Both the position numbers and the translations under genes were made by a program. The notes beneath the pieces are model-generated. The model searched no databases. It was given only the letters and a program-made list of their open reading frames with translations, and had not been told where the DNA came from. A stretch of DNA of 64,000 nt from Eledone cirrhosa. Its lineage: Eukaryota. Shown here in pieces: positions 40,945-54,194 of the stretch. Each line of letters begins with the position of its first letter. Position 1 is the stretch's first letter. Location of the stretch: NCBI GenBank assembly GCA_964016885.1, contig OZ024740.1, forward strand, positions 346,518,001-346,582,000, read 5' to 3'.

Positions 40945-41330
40945 TAAAGAAAAAGAGATGAAATCGAAAATGCAACTGAAGTCTTATTTTTAAAAAAAAT
41001 ATATATATTTATTTGGTTCCTTTACCGGTTTCGCAGTTCTTCTGCTTTTCAAAATGTGAGTTGAGATGGAGGGTCTGTGGTTTTTCTTACATCTGATGTG
41101 GTTTTTCTCACATCAGATGTGAGAAAAACCACAGACCCTCCATCTCAACTCACCTTTTGAAAAGCAGAAGAACTGCGAAACCGGTAAAGGAACCAAATAA
41201 ATATATATATTTTTTTTTAAAATAAGACTTCAGTTGCATTTTCGATTTCATCTCTTTTTCTTTATACTTTCACTCGTGTAGGACACCTCGGTTATTTTTC
41301 ATTTTGTAAAAAAAACCTCACTTTCAAATA
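40945..41330. mobile_element. Fold-back unit with a compact HHR on each arm (family 8)
   Basis: 40945-41090 and 41113-41264 are near-perfect inverted arms; fragment also at 30130-30182. Confidence 0.82.
41153..41190 (+). ncRNA. Minimal type I hammerhead ribozyme, U3-A8 core variant
   Basis: CCTT | TTGAAAA | GCAG AAGAA CTGC | GAA ACCGGT A | AAGG: helices I and II perfect, palindromic helix III, GUA triplet. Confidence 0.72.
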
Positions 41331-41725
41331 TATATATTTATATATATTTTTCAATCATATATATTTTTATTTGTTTGACCCGAATTACTTGATCGTATTT
41401 TTTGGCTGTGCAAATGATTGTTTAAGCATCGTCTCAGTGTGTTGGTATTAAACGTTAGTTATAGCTCTGTTTCAAACGAACCATTGAGCAATTTGACGCA
41501 CATGTCGAAGATTGTTTTTCGTTATTTCGTGGGCCGAAGTTCCGATTCTCGATAATTTTATTTATATATATATATATATAAAGCGAGAATGAGGGAAATT
41601 GCTTTATGCGAGTGTGTGCTGATGAGTATGTATGTATATCTACTTATGAATGTAAGTAGTTAACTCTCTATCATCTATCTGTCTACAAACACACACACAT
41701 ACAAAGTAGTTTTCTAAATCACGCA

Positions 41726-41783
<58 letters not shown>

Positions 41784-42469
41784 GATTCAGAAAACTACTG
41801 GTGTCGGTACCAAAACGAGCACTGTGTACACGCAGAGTATATATACTTATAAGACGATGACGTTTCGTTTAGATGTATTTAGTTGTATTTTGATTTTTTT
41901 TTTTTTTTTCTATTGTCGACCTGTTGTTTTCGCAGAGGATTGGCTCACGGTCACTCGTAGAAGTTATGGACATTACTCTATTCTTCATCTGCTTTCAGAC
42001 CGGAGATATATATTTATGTGCACAAGGATTGTGTAGTTTTGGGGAAAGTCTGGAATTTTGTTTTCAGAAATATAGAAATCTAGTGTCATGCTAGGCTATT
42101 TTACAAATATTGCGTCTATGTCGGAATCAATGTGTCTATATTTTATATTTGGTCTAACGATGTAATCGACGCATTAAAAAACATCTCCACACAGTCAAAA
42201 CAGAAAGATGCCATTTATCCTAAACGTAATTTACTTCCACACCCAGTTTGCGGACTGGCCCTAAGGTAAGCATTGCAAGAGCCCACAGTAGTATTGCAGG
42301 CCCCGCTGTACTATTTCAGGGGCTTATGCTTTCTTTTCAAAAAATACCTGATATCTAAGAGAAAGAATAAATTTTAAAAAAATAATAAATTAAACAATTA
42401 AGCAAGTTATCCCTGGAAAGTTATCCAGGGATAATTTGAACCGTTAAGGTATATCATCCTTGGTCATGT

Positions 42470-42679
42470 CAAATATTTATAAAACATTTTGTATTTTATC
42501 TGATGATAGCGTACCAACATTTTTGGTACCCTTGAAATATATATAATAGAATAAATATGGTTTTATAAATTAGTTTCCATTTATTTAATATCAATTGAAT
42601 ACTTACTCCAGAAAATATGTTGAGTGCTTTGAATCAGTTGTAAACATCTATATTTGTTGGATTTCCAACAAATTAAATA

Positions 42680-42690
<11 letters not shown>
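42470..42690 (+). ncRNA. HHR-bearing unit (family 6) with full tail
   Basis: CTGATGA at 42500, GTACCA/TGGTAC helix II, GAAA at 42534; tail homologous to the reverse complement of 36232-36350. Confidence 0.65.
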
Positions 42691-42711
<21 letters not shown>

Positions 42712-42712
<1 letters not shown>

Positions 42713-42922
42713 ACAAAGGAAATGTGGTAAGGAACCAGATGGACCTTAACGCACCAGAGTACTCAATACTTAGAGTAGTAGAGTGGGAAATAGGAAAAAG
42801 TATGACCGCGACGGCAGAGCTCAAGCCGTTTCGACGGCTATTTCTGGACTAAAAGTTTTATTCCAGCCAGAAATAGCCGTCGAAACGGCTTGAGCTCTGC
42901 CGTCGGGGTCATACTTTTTCCT
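42712..42922 (-). mobile_element. Fold-back unit, family 5
   Basis: Palindrome 42791-42922 with a ~20-nt loop; same tail as 30925. Confidence 0.75.
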
Positions 42923-43469
42923 ATATATATATATATATATCGAGTGAGTGTGAAAGACCAAACGTCATTATTGAAAGTCTCTGGATTTCGCAAAATACAT
43001 ATTTGGTACTAGATCCTGGCCTTGGATTCAATCTTGGTCAAGAGGTAAATGTAATCTTTTTCAGTTTCTTTCTTTTAGAACCCACAGAAAAAACTGAAAA
43101 GGTTTACCGGGATGCTACTCGCGACCAGGATCGAACTTCCGAACAGAATCAACATCGACTATGATTTCTCCAAATAGGCCACCGAGAGAGCTACAAAATT
43201 ATAAGGAAAATTGATAACTATAAACCTACTTTCAAAATAAAAGTTAAAAAGATGTTATGGCGTTCATAGATTTCCGGAAGCTATTAGTAATATTTAGGGT
43301 CGGCTTCTGGTCATTATTGAAAGTCTCTGGATTTCGCAAAATCCATAATATTTTTTATTGGAGAAGGGAAGATTTTTTTCCGCAAACATTTGATTGCACT
43401 CTTTTGTTTCCACATATCTCTTTCGAAAATGTTATTTATTCATTATAAAAGTTAAATGATAGCATTCTA

Positions 43470-43800
43470 TATGTAGGTGGGCCCCCTTCATCTCCTGGCA
43501 ACCAAAACTTTTAAACCCAGTCGCCACTGTCACACCTCCCTCCTTAATTTTCCAACCGACAACCTAATAACGTACGCCATCATCGCTTCGAATAAGCACA
43601 ATTTACTGTCTGTCGGAGATTCCATCTCGAAGCAGATCACAAGCCTGCATATAGGGTCAGTTCTCTTGGTCCTGCTGGGCATCACATGCAACGACAAGCT
43701 GGAGTGTAGAGCACTTGTCACCAACTGTTCTAACTTCTTTTTCTCCATGTATATAGGCGATTTCCTCATGCTTATTTCAGCACATATAAAAGCCCTCAAA
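43470..43800 (-). mobile_element. Possible highly decayed LINE (RTE-like) fragment
   Basis: GC-richer island; YMEKKKLEQ..KLCLFEAM weakly resembles the post-RT region. Confidence 0.25.
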
Positions 43801-45673
43801 CTCTATAACTTAAACGTTAACAACAATATATTCGTCGAAATCTAGACACCTAAATATTAACCGATCCATTTCCTTGGTCGACTTCAGGACTTCAGGATAA
43901 AACTCACAGAGACGTGATCCATATACATCATGCATTATAAACGTCTGCCTATAGAGACTTATTTACGCACCATATTACTGTCCTCCCTTGCAGAACCAAT
44001 ATATGCAGCGTAACTAGTAACAAAAAAACAACAAAAAAAAAGTAAAACCTAATATGAAAAATGTCCAAAGAATTCCTGTTAAAAACGGATAACCAGATTA
44101 TCTTACTTAACACCAAAATGCCAACACACATCCAAAGAGAATTCCTCCTCCTAAGTAAGGTATATAATATCTAAATGTACTGCATTTTTACGAGAGAACT
44201 GCAGCTACTTCCGATTCAAACTATCCGTAAGGAATGTCTGAACATAGAACTCGCACACTCAGGACATATTTTAAGAATACAACTTCGGAAAACCCAACTC
44301 ATATACACAAACTATGTATGAACCTCCCCTATGTGCCCCATCAACAATGAGATCTAGCATGATTTAAAGTACATCTGCAACGAATGTGGGAAATCATACA
44401 ATGGAAACACTGTCCTGAAGCTATGAATACAGATGAAATAACACACGACGCAAAAGTTTCTTTTGTTTAAAAAGGACCTAGAAAAATACAACATCCCTAA
44501 TATACCAGTCACCATAGGAGCCACAGATAGGTGAGACATTTGAAGTCGTAGTAACATTTTTTGGCACACTAATTAAACAATATTTTCATTTATCAACTCC
44601 GGTGTACAACAAATCCTAAGCAATACCATCGACACTGTGTATTGTCATACAATAAAAATTCGATACGTGTACTGATAAGTCTCACATTTTAAACGTTCAA
44701 TCGATATATACATTTTAATCACACAATTGCCAATGAAATATTTCCCTCATGCATATAGGCATGTGCTTAAATATTATCACCTTTAACATGAAAGAAATAT
44801 TCTAGAACCACCATATATTCATGCTCTACAACGTATTCCCCCACCTCTAGCATCACAATAACCTATTTCTTTCCTCTGAATATCATTTTAATATTTGCGA
44901 TTACTAACATATTATATGGGTGAAGGTCTGCTAAGTAAAGTAGATGATTTAACATACAAAAAACAAAATCATCGAAATATCGATTAAGTGAGCAGGTAAT
45001 TTTTCGGCTAAAAGAAAAACATTCTTTCGTGATGTCCTCGTCGTGTATTTTTCAGTTCCTACAACAATCGACACAAGTGGATTATTGTTCTTTTATTGTT
45101 TGGCTTCTTCTATAGTTAATTATAAATCTCTATCCTTATTTCCCAATGGGGGTGGTCATGACCATTCAAGTTGACTTTTGTGACATGAACGTTTTGACCG
45201 TAGAGATTCAGCATGCCACCATTCTATTGATTTTTGCATGGTCTCCATTTCAAAGTGATGTAGCAACGTTTCATCAGAAGTGAAAAATCATTTTAAAAAA
45301 GGATCAAGGATCTCTGTAAAATCCAATTTGACGTGTTTAATATGTTTCATTTTTCATCAGCTTTAATGTATATTGGCACCCAAATTCTAGAGAAATGTGT
45401 TACAATAACTTCTCTTGTTATCTTTATTTCAGGAATCAGTTACAGGCTTGCTCAACAATTTGACAACGCAGAATGCCTCTCATTATTCCCACATTGATTG
45501 TAGCCAATAATTTTCCTTGGATGAAAATAATTTTCGCTCTTTAACCAATAGGTGAGGGCTTATTTGGTACTTTGTATTTTGAGATTACATCTATATTTAC
45601 ATAAAAAAATTATTTGTCTACTGGGTTACGTTATGCAGTATACATTTTTAAAATAAATACTGAATTAATTTAA

Positions 45674-45862
45674 ATGTTTCTACTTGTTGGCACAAGGCCA
45701 GCAAATACACCAGTGCATTACTGGTACTTTATTTCATTGACCACGTAAGGATGAAAGGCAAAGTTAACCTCGGTGGGATTTGAACTCAGATCATAAAGGG
45801 ACGTAACTCTATGCTTCAAAGCATGGTGTCCGTCTCTCTACCGATACTGCCAATCCACCGCC
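45674..45862 (-). mobile_element. tRNA-derived SINE, full length
   Basis: Full consensus match; ATTAATTTA on both sides (putative TSD). Confidence 0.9.
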
Positions 45863-47353
45863 CTGGATTAATTTAATATTGAAATATTGTTATGATATAG
45901 AAATATTTCCTCAAATCACACCAAATATTCATACAAACTATGTTTGAACAAACATTAATCTTCTCAGCAGACTATGTGAACAACAGAAAATGTGTATGTA
46001 TATGCTGACAGAAAGCTTGCATATTAGTGTTTTCCTCGAAAAAAATATCTACAATACTCTAGTAACTCATAGATAAAGCAGAATATCTATAAACAGCTCA
46101 AACCGTCCAGAGTTGTTAACTATGACAAGAGTTGGTACTTCAACACAAATAGTTCTCATAGAAGTTACTTTAATTATTTTTATTTTTGTTGTATTATACT
46201 ATAAATGCTGTTCAGAATATGATACTACCCTTAGGGCTTTATTGATTTTACAGCAATTATTTATTTATCGTTTATAGTTTTTCGTTAGTGATTCTTTGCA
46301 TTTTTTTTTCTTCAACACATTAATCAATTATTCAAACATCACTAACATGATGGCTTGCTCAATTAGATTTCTATATTGTTTGAGGTCAGATTAAGATTGA
46401 AATATATCCGGAGATGTCTCCCGTAAATGTCGAGAAAATGAAAATAATATCTCGTTTAGTTGCAGTTTAGCCTCAAGTCAGTGCTCACTGAACATACCTT
46501 CGAGGAAAGGATATCCAGACAGCAGCTACTCATCTATATTCCATTGTGTATTTAGAAGTTCATTATCAAATTTATCATTATATTGCATGAGAATACAACA
46601 TAAGCTGTACCTAGATGTTGGTGCTATTATGTAAAAATCCCTTCGATCCTTATTTCTTGAGATTTTATAATAGCGTTATTTCTTCAAAACATATTTCGAA
46701 TTGACCCTCCATCGGTTATACCAATGATTGTTCAATTATTCGACCGACCGAAAGCCTTACTCGTTAGATTAAAGTTTAAGGTATAAATTATGTCACAGGC
46801 ATGTGAACTTTAATGACACTGCTCCGATAAAATAAACTTGGTAGATATAATATGGTTTGACCATGTACAATATATCTGAAGGTCTTCTTTAGTTTCGCTC
46901 TATTTAACAAAAGGCAAAGATGTGGGCTGAAGCAAAGTATAGTAAAGGATATTTGCCTACGTCATCATGCAAGTGATCGAATGCGTGGCATCATGACTGC
47001 GAGAAAAACATTTAACAATGCCTACTACAACATATGTTAAGTTCAAAGATTGATTGTTTGTATTTTACATACAAATGGATTCTATGAATGAATTAATTAA
47101 TAAACACATGGAATGTATAGATACATTCACGACATTTTTTATTCTTTCGTTGGAGCCAGAGCAAATTGAGTCTCATGGAATTTATGTTGGGTTAATGAGG
47201 TCAGAATAAGGGTGAAATATACTCAAAGTTGTCCCCGGAACTTATAAAATGTTTGAAACTATTACCAGTCAGTAATGTAACGCATATAAAATCCCCCCAC
47301 CCCACAAACACACCCACGCACACTTTACAAATGCGTATATAAATAGAATGTAT

Positions 47354-47393
<40 letters not shown>

Positions 47394-47844
47394 GTATCAA
47401 ATTTATCATTATTACTATATATATATATATATATATATATAGTTATTTGTATATACATATGTGGCAGTGTGTGTGTGTGCGTATGTATGAAACCCTTAGA
47501 GATATTCAACAACTAAAATGAAATGTGATATCAGAATCGGACTTTAGCAAGTGTGACGCCATGAAGCGATAGTCGCGACTTCAACAAACGGATTTCCAGA
47601 CGAGCTGACTTTTATTACATCTACTCTGTAAAGTAAATGCTAATCTGCCAAAATGGCTAACAACTGTTTGGCGTGGTTTTGTTTTCGTCATCATTGTTAT
47701 TGTTGATTTTTATGGGGTTTTTTTCTTATTCCTATATATATATATATATTGTTCATGTTACGTTTCTGTGCTTCTGTATGTACTTTCGGCACTTTATTGT
47801 TTTCATTTTATTTCTTGGTGCGTTTATTGATGCTTTTGCGACTG

Positions 47845-48064
47845 TGGATAAACTTGCGTCTGTTTGGGTGCTCAACGAATAGTAATATTTAAATGATGAG
47901 CACCTAAGTGTGTCTACTCATACATAAAAGACAGACATATGAAAATACGCGTACACACGCACACAGACAATTATATATATATGTATGTATATATATATAT
48001 ATGTGTGTGTGTCTGTGTGTATATATATATGTACATATATATATATATATGTACATATATATAT

Positions 48065-48116
<52 letters not shown>

Positions 48117-48211
48117 TTATATATATATATATATACATATATAATATATAAAATATTTATATATATACATATATAAAATACATATGAAAATACGCGTACA
48201 CACGCACACAG

Positions 48212-48275
<64 letters not shown>

Positions 48276-48358
48276 TTTATGTATGAGTAGACACACTTAG
48301 GTGCTCATCATTGAAATCTAACTATACGTTGAGAACCCATACAGACGCAAGTTTATCC
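47845..48358. mobile_element. Inverted pair of pLTR-like units around (TA)n; third copy at 50498-50580
   Basis: 47845-47930 is inverted at 48271-48358; degenerate (A)TGATGAG..TGAAAATACGCGT motif. Confidence 0.6.
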
Positions 48359-48374
48359 AATTTTATATCCAATC

Positions 48375-50427
48375 TAAAGTCCGACCCCTCCTCCACGTGG
48401 CAGGGCGGTGGCAACGGCTAATGTCAGAGCTATGCCGTCGGGAACTTCGGTTCCTGGTAGGGCCACCCAAGGCAGATTGGTCTGGTACCCAGCGGTATTA
48501 GGGCCGCAACCCGGCAAAAGGGGCTCTGGTGAAAATCCAAGAGGTGTCTCCTCCGATAACCAGCGGCTTCTGGTCGTTTCTGTCCATGCGTCTGTGGAGA
48601 ATCTGCGGCGAACAGGACGTTTTTTCCCCTCGTTCGGGATATACATACGGGTTTTTGAGGACCGCTTGTGAATTCACTACTCCCATGACATTTCTTCCAT
48701 GAATCCTACAAATACGAACTATTAATACGAATTGCCTTCCCGCTACGAACGCAATGCAAAGCAACAGCGCTCCTACCGCTATGGCTCTACAGACTACTCC
48801 CGCAGTAGTCCCGCTCTTCAGACGAAGGAAGGAATTGAGGGTGGCGTGCTGGAACGTCCGAACACTTCGTGACGACGGTGTCCATGGACTTACAATGAAG
48901 GCTCTGCACAGGTACTGCGTTAGTGTAGTTTGTCTTTCAGAAGTTCGACTTCCCGATGTTGGTCACCTTCCGATCAAAATTGCTGGTGAGGACATCTCCT
49001 ACCACTCGTTCCATAGTGGCCTGACTGACAACAGTGGCCTTCACTGGGTCGCTGTAGCGCTCAGCCCCTACGCACAAGCGGTTCTGCTAGCGTGTCAGCC
49101 GATCTCACACTGACTCGCGCTGGTTCGATTGAAGGGTCAATTCTCCAACGTCAGCGTAATTGCCGTCTACACTCCCACATTCAATGCGGACGAAGCAGAC
49201 AAGACGTAGTTCTATGCTGATCTCCAAACAACCGTGGATGACGTCCCCTCCAGTGATGTTCTCATTGTCACTGGGGACTGGAATGCGCAGTGATACGGGT
49301 GATACGGGCAGGGGCATGGGTCAGACCATACTCTTGTTCGAGTAACCACTCGTCTGCGGCAGCGAGCGAAACCTCCTCCTAACCGCCAGAAAAGGATCGA
49401 CATCTCGCCACTCAAGCTCGATGCTGGAAATGCTTTCCGGCTAGAGCTGCGAAACCGATTCCAAATGCTGAGTAACGAAGTGGAACAGCAACCGGAGCAG
49501 GAGTGGCACGCGCTCAGGGCGGACACGGTTGAGGTGGCCAGGGTGCATTTCGGGTCGATCCAAAGACGCCATCGGGACTGGATCTCCGGCGGCACTCTTG
49601 AACTCACGGAGAGGGCGAGAGTGACACGACTCGAGGGTGCACCCAATCTTCGAGATCTCTGACATCGCACATCTCGGGTTATTCGGGCGGATCGGAATGC
49701 CCACTGGCGCGAGTTTGCGGAGCAGACGGAAAGGGCAGCAGCCCGTGGTGACTCGCGCAAGCTCTTCCAACTGGTGAAGCGGGCCAGCCGACGCAGTACG
49801 GGTATCTGCGAGACGATCCGTGATCGGAACGGGGCGGTGATTACCAATCTTAATGACCGGCTAGTCCGATTGCGGGACCATTTCTCCGAGCTGCTCAACC
49901 ACCCGCCACCACCCACGCCAACCTACGTGCAGCATTCCGGAGAACAATACGGGTGCAGCACTGCCCTTCCAACGGTCGAGGAGGTACGTGGTGTCCTGAC
50001 ACATCTCCGGAACAGCAAGGCGCCGAGCGAGGATGGCATTCCAGCTGAGGTCTACAAAGCCGAGCCTGATGTCTTCGCAGCTTGGCTCCATCGAGTCTTC
50101 TCCTCGGTGTGGGCGACGGAGCGGTTCGCTGGTGACTGGAGCAAGGCAACTCTCCTACCCTTCTTCACGTCCACTCCCTAACTGGCGCAAGCGCGTTGAC
50201 GGGCAGCTGAAGAGCTGGGAAACGACGATCAAGGAGGACCTCTCCGAAATCTCAGGGCCGCAGGTGGTCGGCCTGCGCCGATGGAAGCGTGACTGGCTCG
50301 CTATCTCCAGTGACCTAGCCTGGGACAGTCGTGCGTGGCCTGTCATGGTTCGGGATGCCGTCAGGACAAGGGAACAAGCCGGCTCAACCCGTCCAGTGTG
50401 AATGTCGACACAAGTACAAGTAAGTAA

Positions 50428-50430
<3 letters not shown>
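48375..50430 (+). mobile_element. RTE-clade LINE with intact 5'UTR and 3' tail but internal deletions (RT missing)
   Basis: RTE-type 5'UTR (GAGCTATGCCG..GGTAGGGCCACCCAAGGC); APE motifs ACWNVRTL, LSEVR, GDWNA, SDH; KAPSEDGIPAE..WSKATLLPFF joined directly to C-terminal RKRVDGQLKSW..DSRAW; tail CAAGTACAAGTAAGTAAGTA. Confidence 0.88.
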
Positions 50431-50501
<71 letters not shown>

Positions 50502-50579
50502 GTTTGTGCGTGTGTACGCGTATTTTCATGTCTGTATTTTATGTATGAGTAGACACACTTAGGTACTTACTATTCGTTT

Positions 50580-50700
50580 TATATATATGTATACACATCT
50601 ATATATATATGTATGCATATATATATATATATATATTATATATGCATACATATATATATATGCATATATATATATATATATGTATATATATATGTATATA

Positions 50701-50731
<31 letters not shown>

Positions 50732-50766
50732 ATAGATATATATATGCATACATATATATATATATG

Positions 50767-50807
<41 letters not shown>

Positions 50808-50813
50808 GCATAC

Positions 50814-50879
<66 letters not shown>

Positions 50880-50886
50880 ATATATG

Positions 50887-50919
<33 letters not shown>

Positions 50920-50920
50920 T

Positions 50921-51014
<94 letters not shown>
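50580..51014. repeat. (TA)n microsatellite
   Basis: Direct observation. Confidence 0.97.
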
Positions 51015-51018
<4 letters not shown>

Positions 51019-51733
51019 AATATAATTTCAGCGAGATCGTATTTCGGTTCTGGTCAAAACCAAATCGAACCGCAATTTTCGAGATATGCGGCAAGCGCTC
51101 AATGGACTAAAAGAAGACCAGAGCAATTAACATACGTTTTAGAGACCATACAAACTGAAAACGGCGGTCATGAAGATATCAGCCACCGGATCCAAAATAA
51201 CGAAGCAAGCTAAAGAGGTCAAACTATAGAATTTACCTGGACCTCCTGGAAATTGATGGTATAATCCAGTGGGAGGTTTCTGTGACACCAAAATCAATTA
51301 TACTGCCTGCTTTCATTGTAAGCTTTTGGTATAACGATCGAACAAGGCTGCCATTTCGTCAACAGGTATTTTGTTCACAGCGAGCGGGTTCCAATGCATT
51401 AGTAGTTTTGGAGTGATTACTCCACGTGTTTACCCTGCAAGAGAGGTAACCCCGGTTTTGGCGGGTGGATTCAGAATGTGTGAAATTATTGCAAGAATTT
51501 GAAAAAACTGCACAAATCGAATTAAGCTCTCGACCGGGTTGTTTTTAAATAAACTTAAGCAATTAATTTTTCAATAGAATTGTCTAATATAATTAACTAA
51601 TTAATTGCTAGGCCAGGGAAATTAATACAAATATAATTTCAGCGAGAACGTATTTCGGTTGTGGTCAAAAACAAAGCGAAACGCAATCTTCGAGATATGT
51701 GGCCACCGCTCAATGGACTAAAAGAAGACCAGA
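51014..51733 (-). mobile_element. Non-coding element with ~108-bp direct terminal repeats carrying an HHR-like hairpin
   Basis: 51014-51122 and 51625-51733 are direct repeats; minus strand TCGAA(A/G)A..GGTTC-loop-GAACC GAAA TACG ATC; (TA)n both sides. Confidence 0.6.
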
Positions 51734-51771
51734 ATATATATATATATATACATATATATATAGAATAAGGA

Positions 51772-51921
51772 AAAGCGAGGTAGTTTCAGATGTTCAAGTC
51801 CTTTATTAAAGGACTTGAACATCTGAAAGTACCTCGCTTTTCCTTATTCGATATTTACTCCGTCACTCCTATGTGGAAAAAGTACGTTGAGTGCTTGAAT
51901 TGAATTGCATCAATATTTACC

Positions 51922-51925
<4 letters not shown>
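51772..51925 (+). mobile_element. Fold-back unit, family 7
   Basis: Palindrome 51772-51849 about cctttattaaagg; tail with TACTCCG and GTTGAGTGCT; ends in (TA)n. Confidence 0.7.
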
Positions 51926-51971
<46 letters not shown>

Positions 51972-52260
51972 CACACACAGACACATACATATATATAGAG
52001 AGAGAAAGAGGAGGTGAGGGAGTGAGATCGCAAACGCACCTGCGTCGCCAAGAGTTTCTGGCTCGTATTGAGGAATCCTTTTTCGGGGCTGTGATGCACC
52101 CTTGTAAAAATTTGCTAAACATGTTGTTTGAATACTCCCATGATTAGTGGTCTCTCTGGTCTAAGACTATTTCTCTCCCTTACTTCTCTCACTCTCTCTC
52201 TCTCACTCTCCCTGTCTCTCTCTCTCTCTCTCTCTCACTCTCACTGTCTGCCGCTCTCTT

Positions 52261-52327
<67 letters not shown>

Positions 52328-53649
52328 TATATATACAATGCATTAACAGAGAAAGCTTTAAGCGATACTCCGACCGACTCCCATCTCACTCAACAAACAT
52401 TAGGATATACCAGTAGAGGGAGGCATGATACAGCTAATAGTTATGATAAGGCCTATAATTTAAAGGTACTATATGGCGGTCAAACCCGGCGGCGCGGTGG
52501 ACCCAGAGGCGAAGCAAGTCGCTCCGAGTAATTTAATTTACCGAAAGAAGGGGAAATTTATTTTTCCAAGCACTCAAGGAAGGCTAATCAAACAGAGCGC
52601 CCGGTGCGCAGCCGGAAAAGTCACCACATCAGTCGGATCATCGCGTGTAACCAAATGATTATTATATATTCACATCCGTGATGTGAGGTTGAAAGTGGTA
52701 AAACCCGATGAAATGCGCAAATAGACTTTATTTAAGTCCCCAGTTAGTCCGGGTTATAAGTAGTGTGGTTCTTTGGTGGGTAGGGGGAGATATAAGGGTA
52801 CAGAGAGTAATATTCCAGTGTCGTGTGCTAATGAGCACAATGTTGAGCATAATGAGAGTAAAGCGAGTAAAAACCTAAATAAATGGAACAATAAGCAAAA
52901 ATACATAAATAAATAAAAGCAGAATACAAAGATAAAAATACATTAATAAAAATAAATTAATAAAAGTAAAAATACATAAATAAAACGCCGTCATAGCTAG
53001 GGCAGCGATGGAGTAAAACGGAAGTATATAAGAATATATTGGAGAAATCAAACACAGGGGAAATACAATATAGATCAAGTTGCAGTTAGATAATACAAGG
53101 TTATACATATAGATATAGAGGATGGAAGAGATGGCATGGTATCAGGTGATACCTAGCGTATGTTCGAGTCTCGGAATTCAGTGTGAGTCACAAAGGCCCT
53201 GAAGTTTAGGGTAGAGAATTCAGTCAATACAATACAGGCTATAGTATAATCCGAAGAATTTTCTCGAAGTCTGAATATTCCCGACAGGGAAGCAGCATTG
53301 GACCAGGTGGGCGGTAGACAAAGCACAGAACAGCCAAAATCCGAATGGTGAGTAGATCAGTCAGTCCCGTGATGGCGATAGCTGTACACTGGAGTCAGTG
53401 CCGCTGTTCATTATTACATCTGAAAGCGCTCAACATTTCTGGAGCATTATTTATTTAGGTTTGTTGGTTCACCACTGTATAGAATTGGTCATTCCTATGG
53501 TTAATCTCGATGTAATATTATGGAGAGTACTCAACATAATGCAGCTCACCCGTCTTCGTGTGTGTAGTTGGTGGTGCGAGTACGGAGTTAATTATTATAA
53601 TAAAATAACAGGAGGCTGGACTGGTGTAAATCCTTGAAAGGTTTATTAT

Positions 53650-53704
53650 ACCATGATCATTTCAATGACCGGGTTCCGTATGAATCCGGTCATATCATCA
53701 GGTT
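53650..53704 (-). ncRNA. Hammerhead motif in the Penelope pLTR
   Basis: AC-CTGATGA-T-ATGACCGG..CCGGTCAT-T-GAA ATGATCAT G-GT; long helix II, palindromic helix III; position 17 reads G, so this copy is probably inactive. Confidence 0.62.
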
Positions 53705-54194
53705 TTCGAAATATAACAAACGAATATAACAGATATATATATATATATATATAAGAGGGTGTTAAAGTTTGCTTGAAGCATTGTGAAATGTGTAAAATAC
53801 GTAGTTAAGAAAGCCACAACAATGCAGAGGGAAATCTCGAGGTAGGAAGTGAATGATAGATAGGAGAAACAGGTGAAAGTGAAAATTGAGAGAGACAAAG
53901 ATGAAAACAAAACAAAGGTAGAAGGGTTACCGTAGTGGAGATTTAATCCCAATATTTCGGGCTCACGCCCATCAACGGGGGAAAGTTCCAAAAGGGGGGG
54001 AACAGGCCAAGCGGAGAAAGTTGTGATGTCGTTAAGACAGGAATGCCGTTATGGGGAGAAAATTATTTAAAATTTAAACGAGGGAAAGAATGCGCGTGCG
54101 CGTGATAGGCTGTGGCAAAAGCTACTGACCAAATGGGTTAAATCAAGAGGGTGCGCTAGCGTGTGAAAGCCGTAAAATATGTGTGTGTAAATAT

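Noticed and set aside
43850-44560. Possible old LINE 3' end (YICNECGKSY) or C2H2 zinc-finger exon; similar faint LINE-like texture at 56500-57500
   Set aside because: Only a CxxC word, no sustained frame or His pair; too decayed to call.
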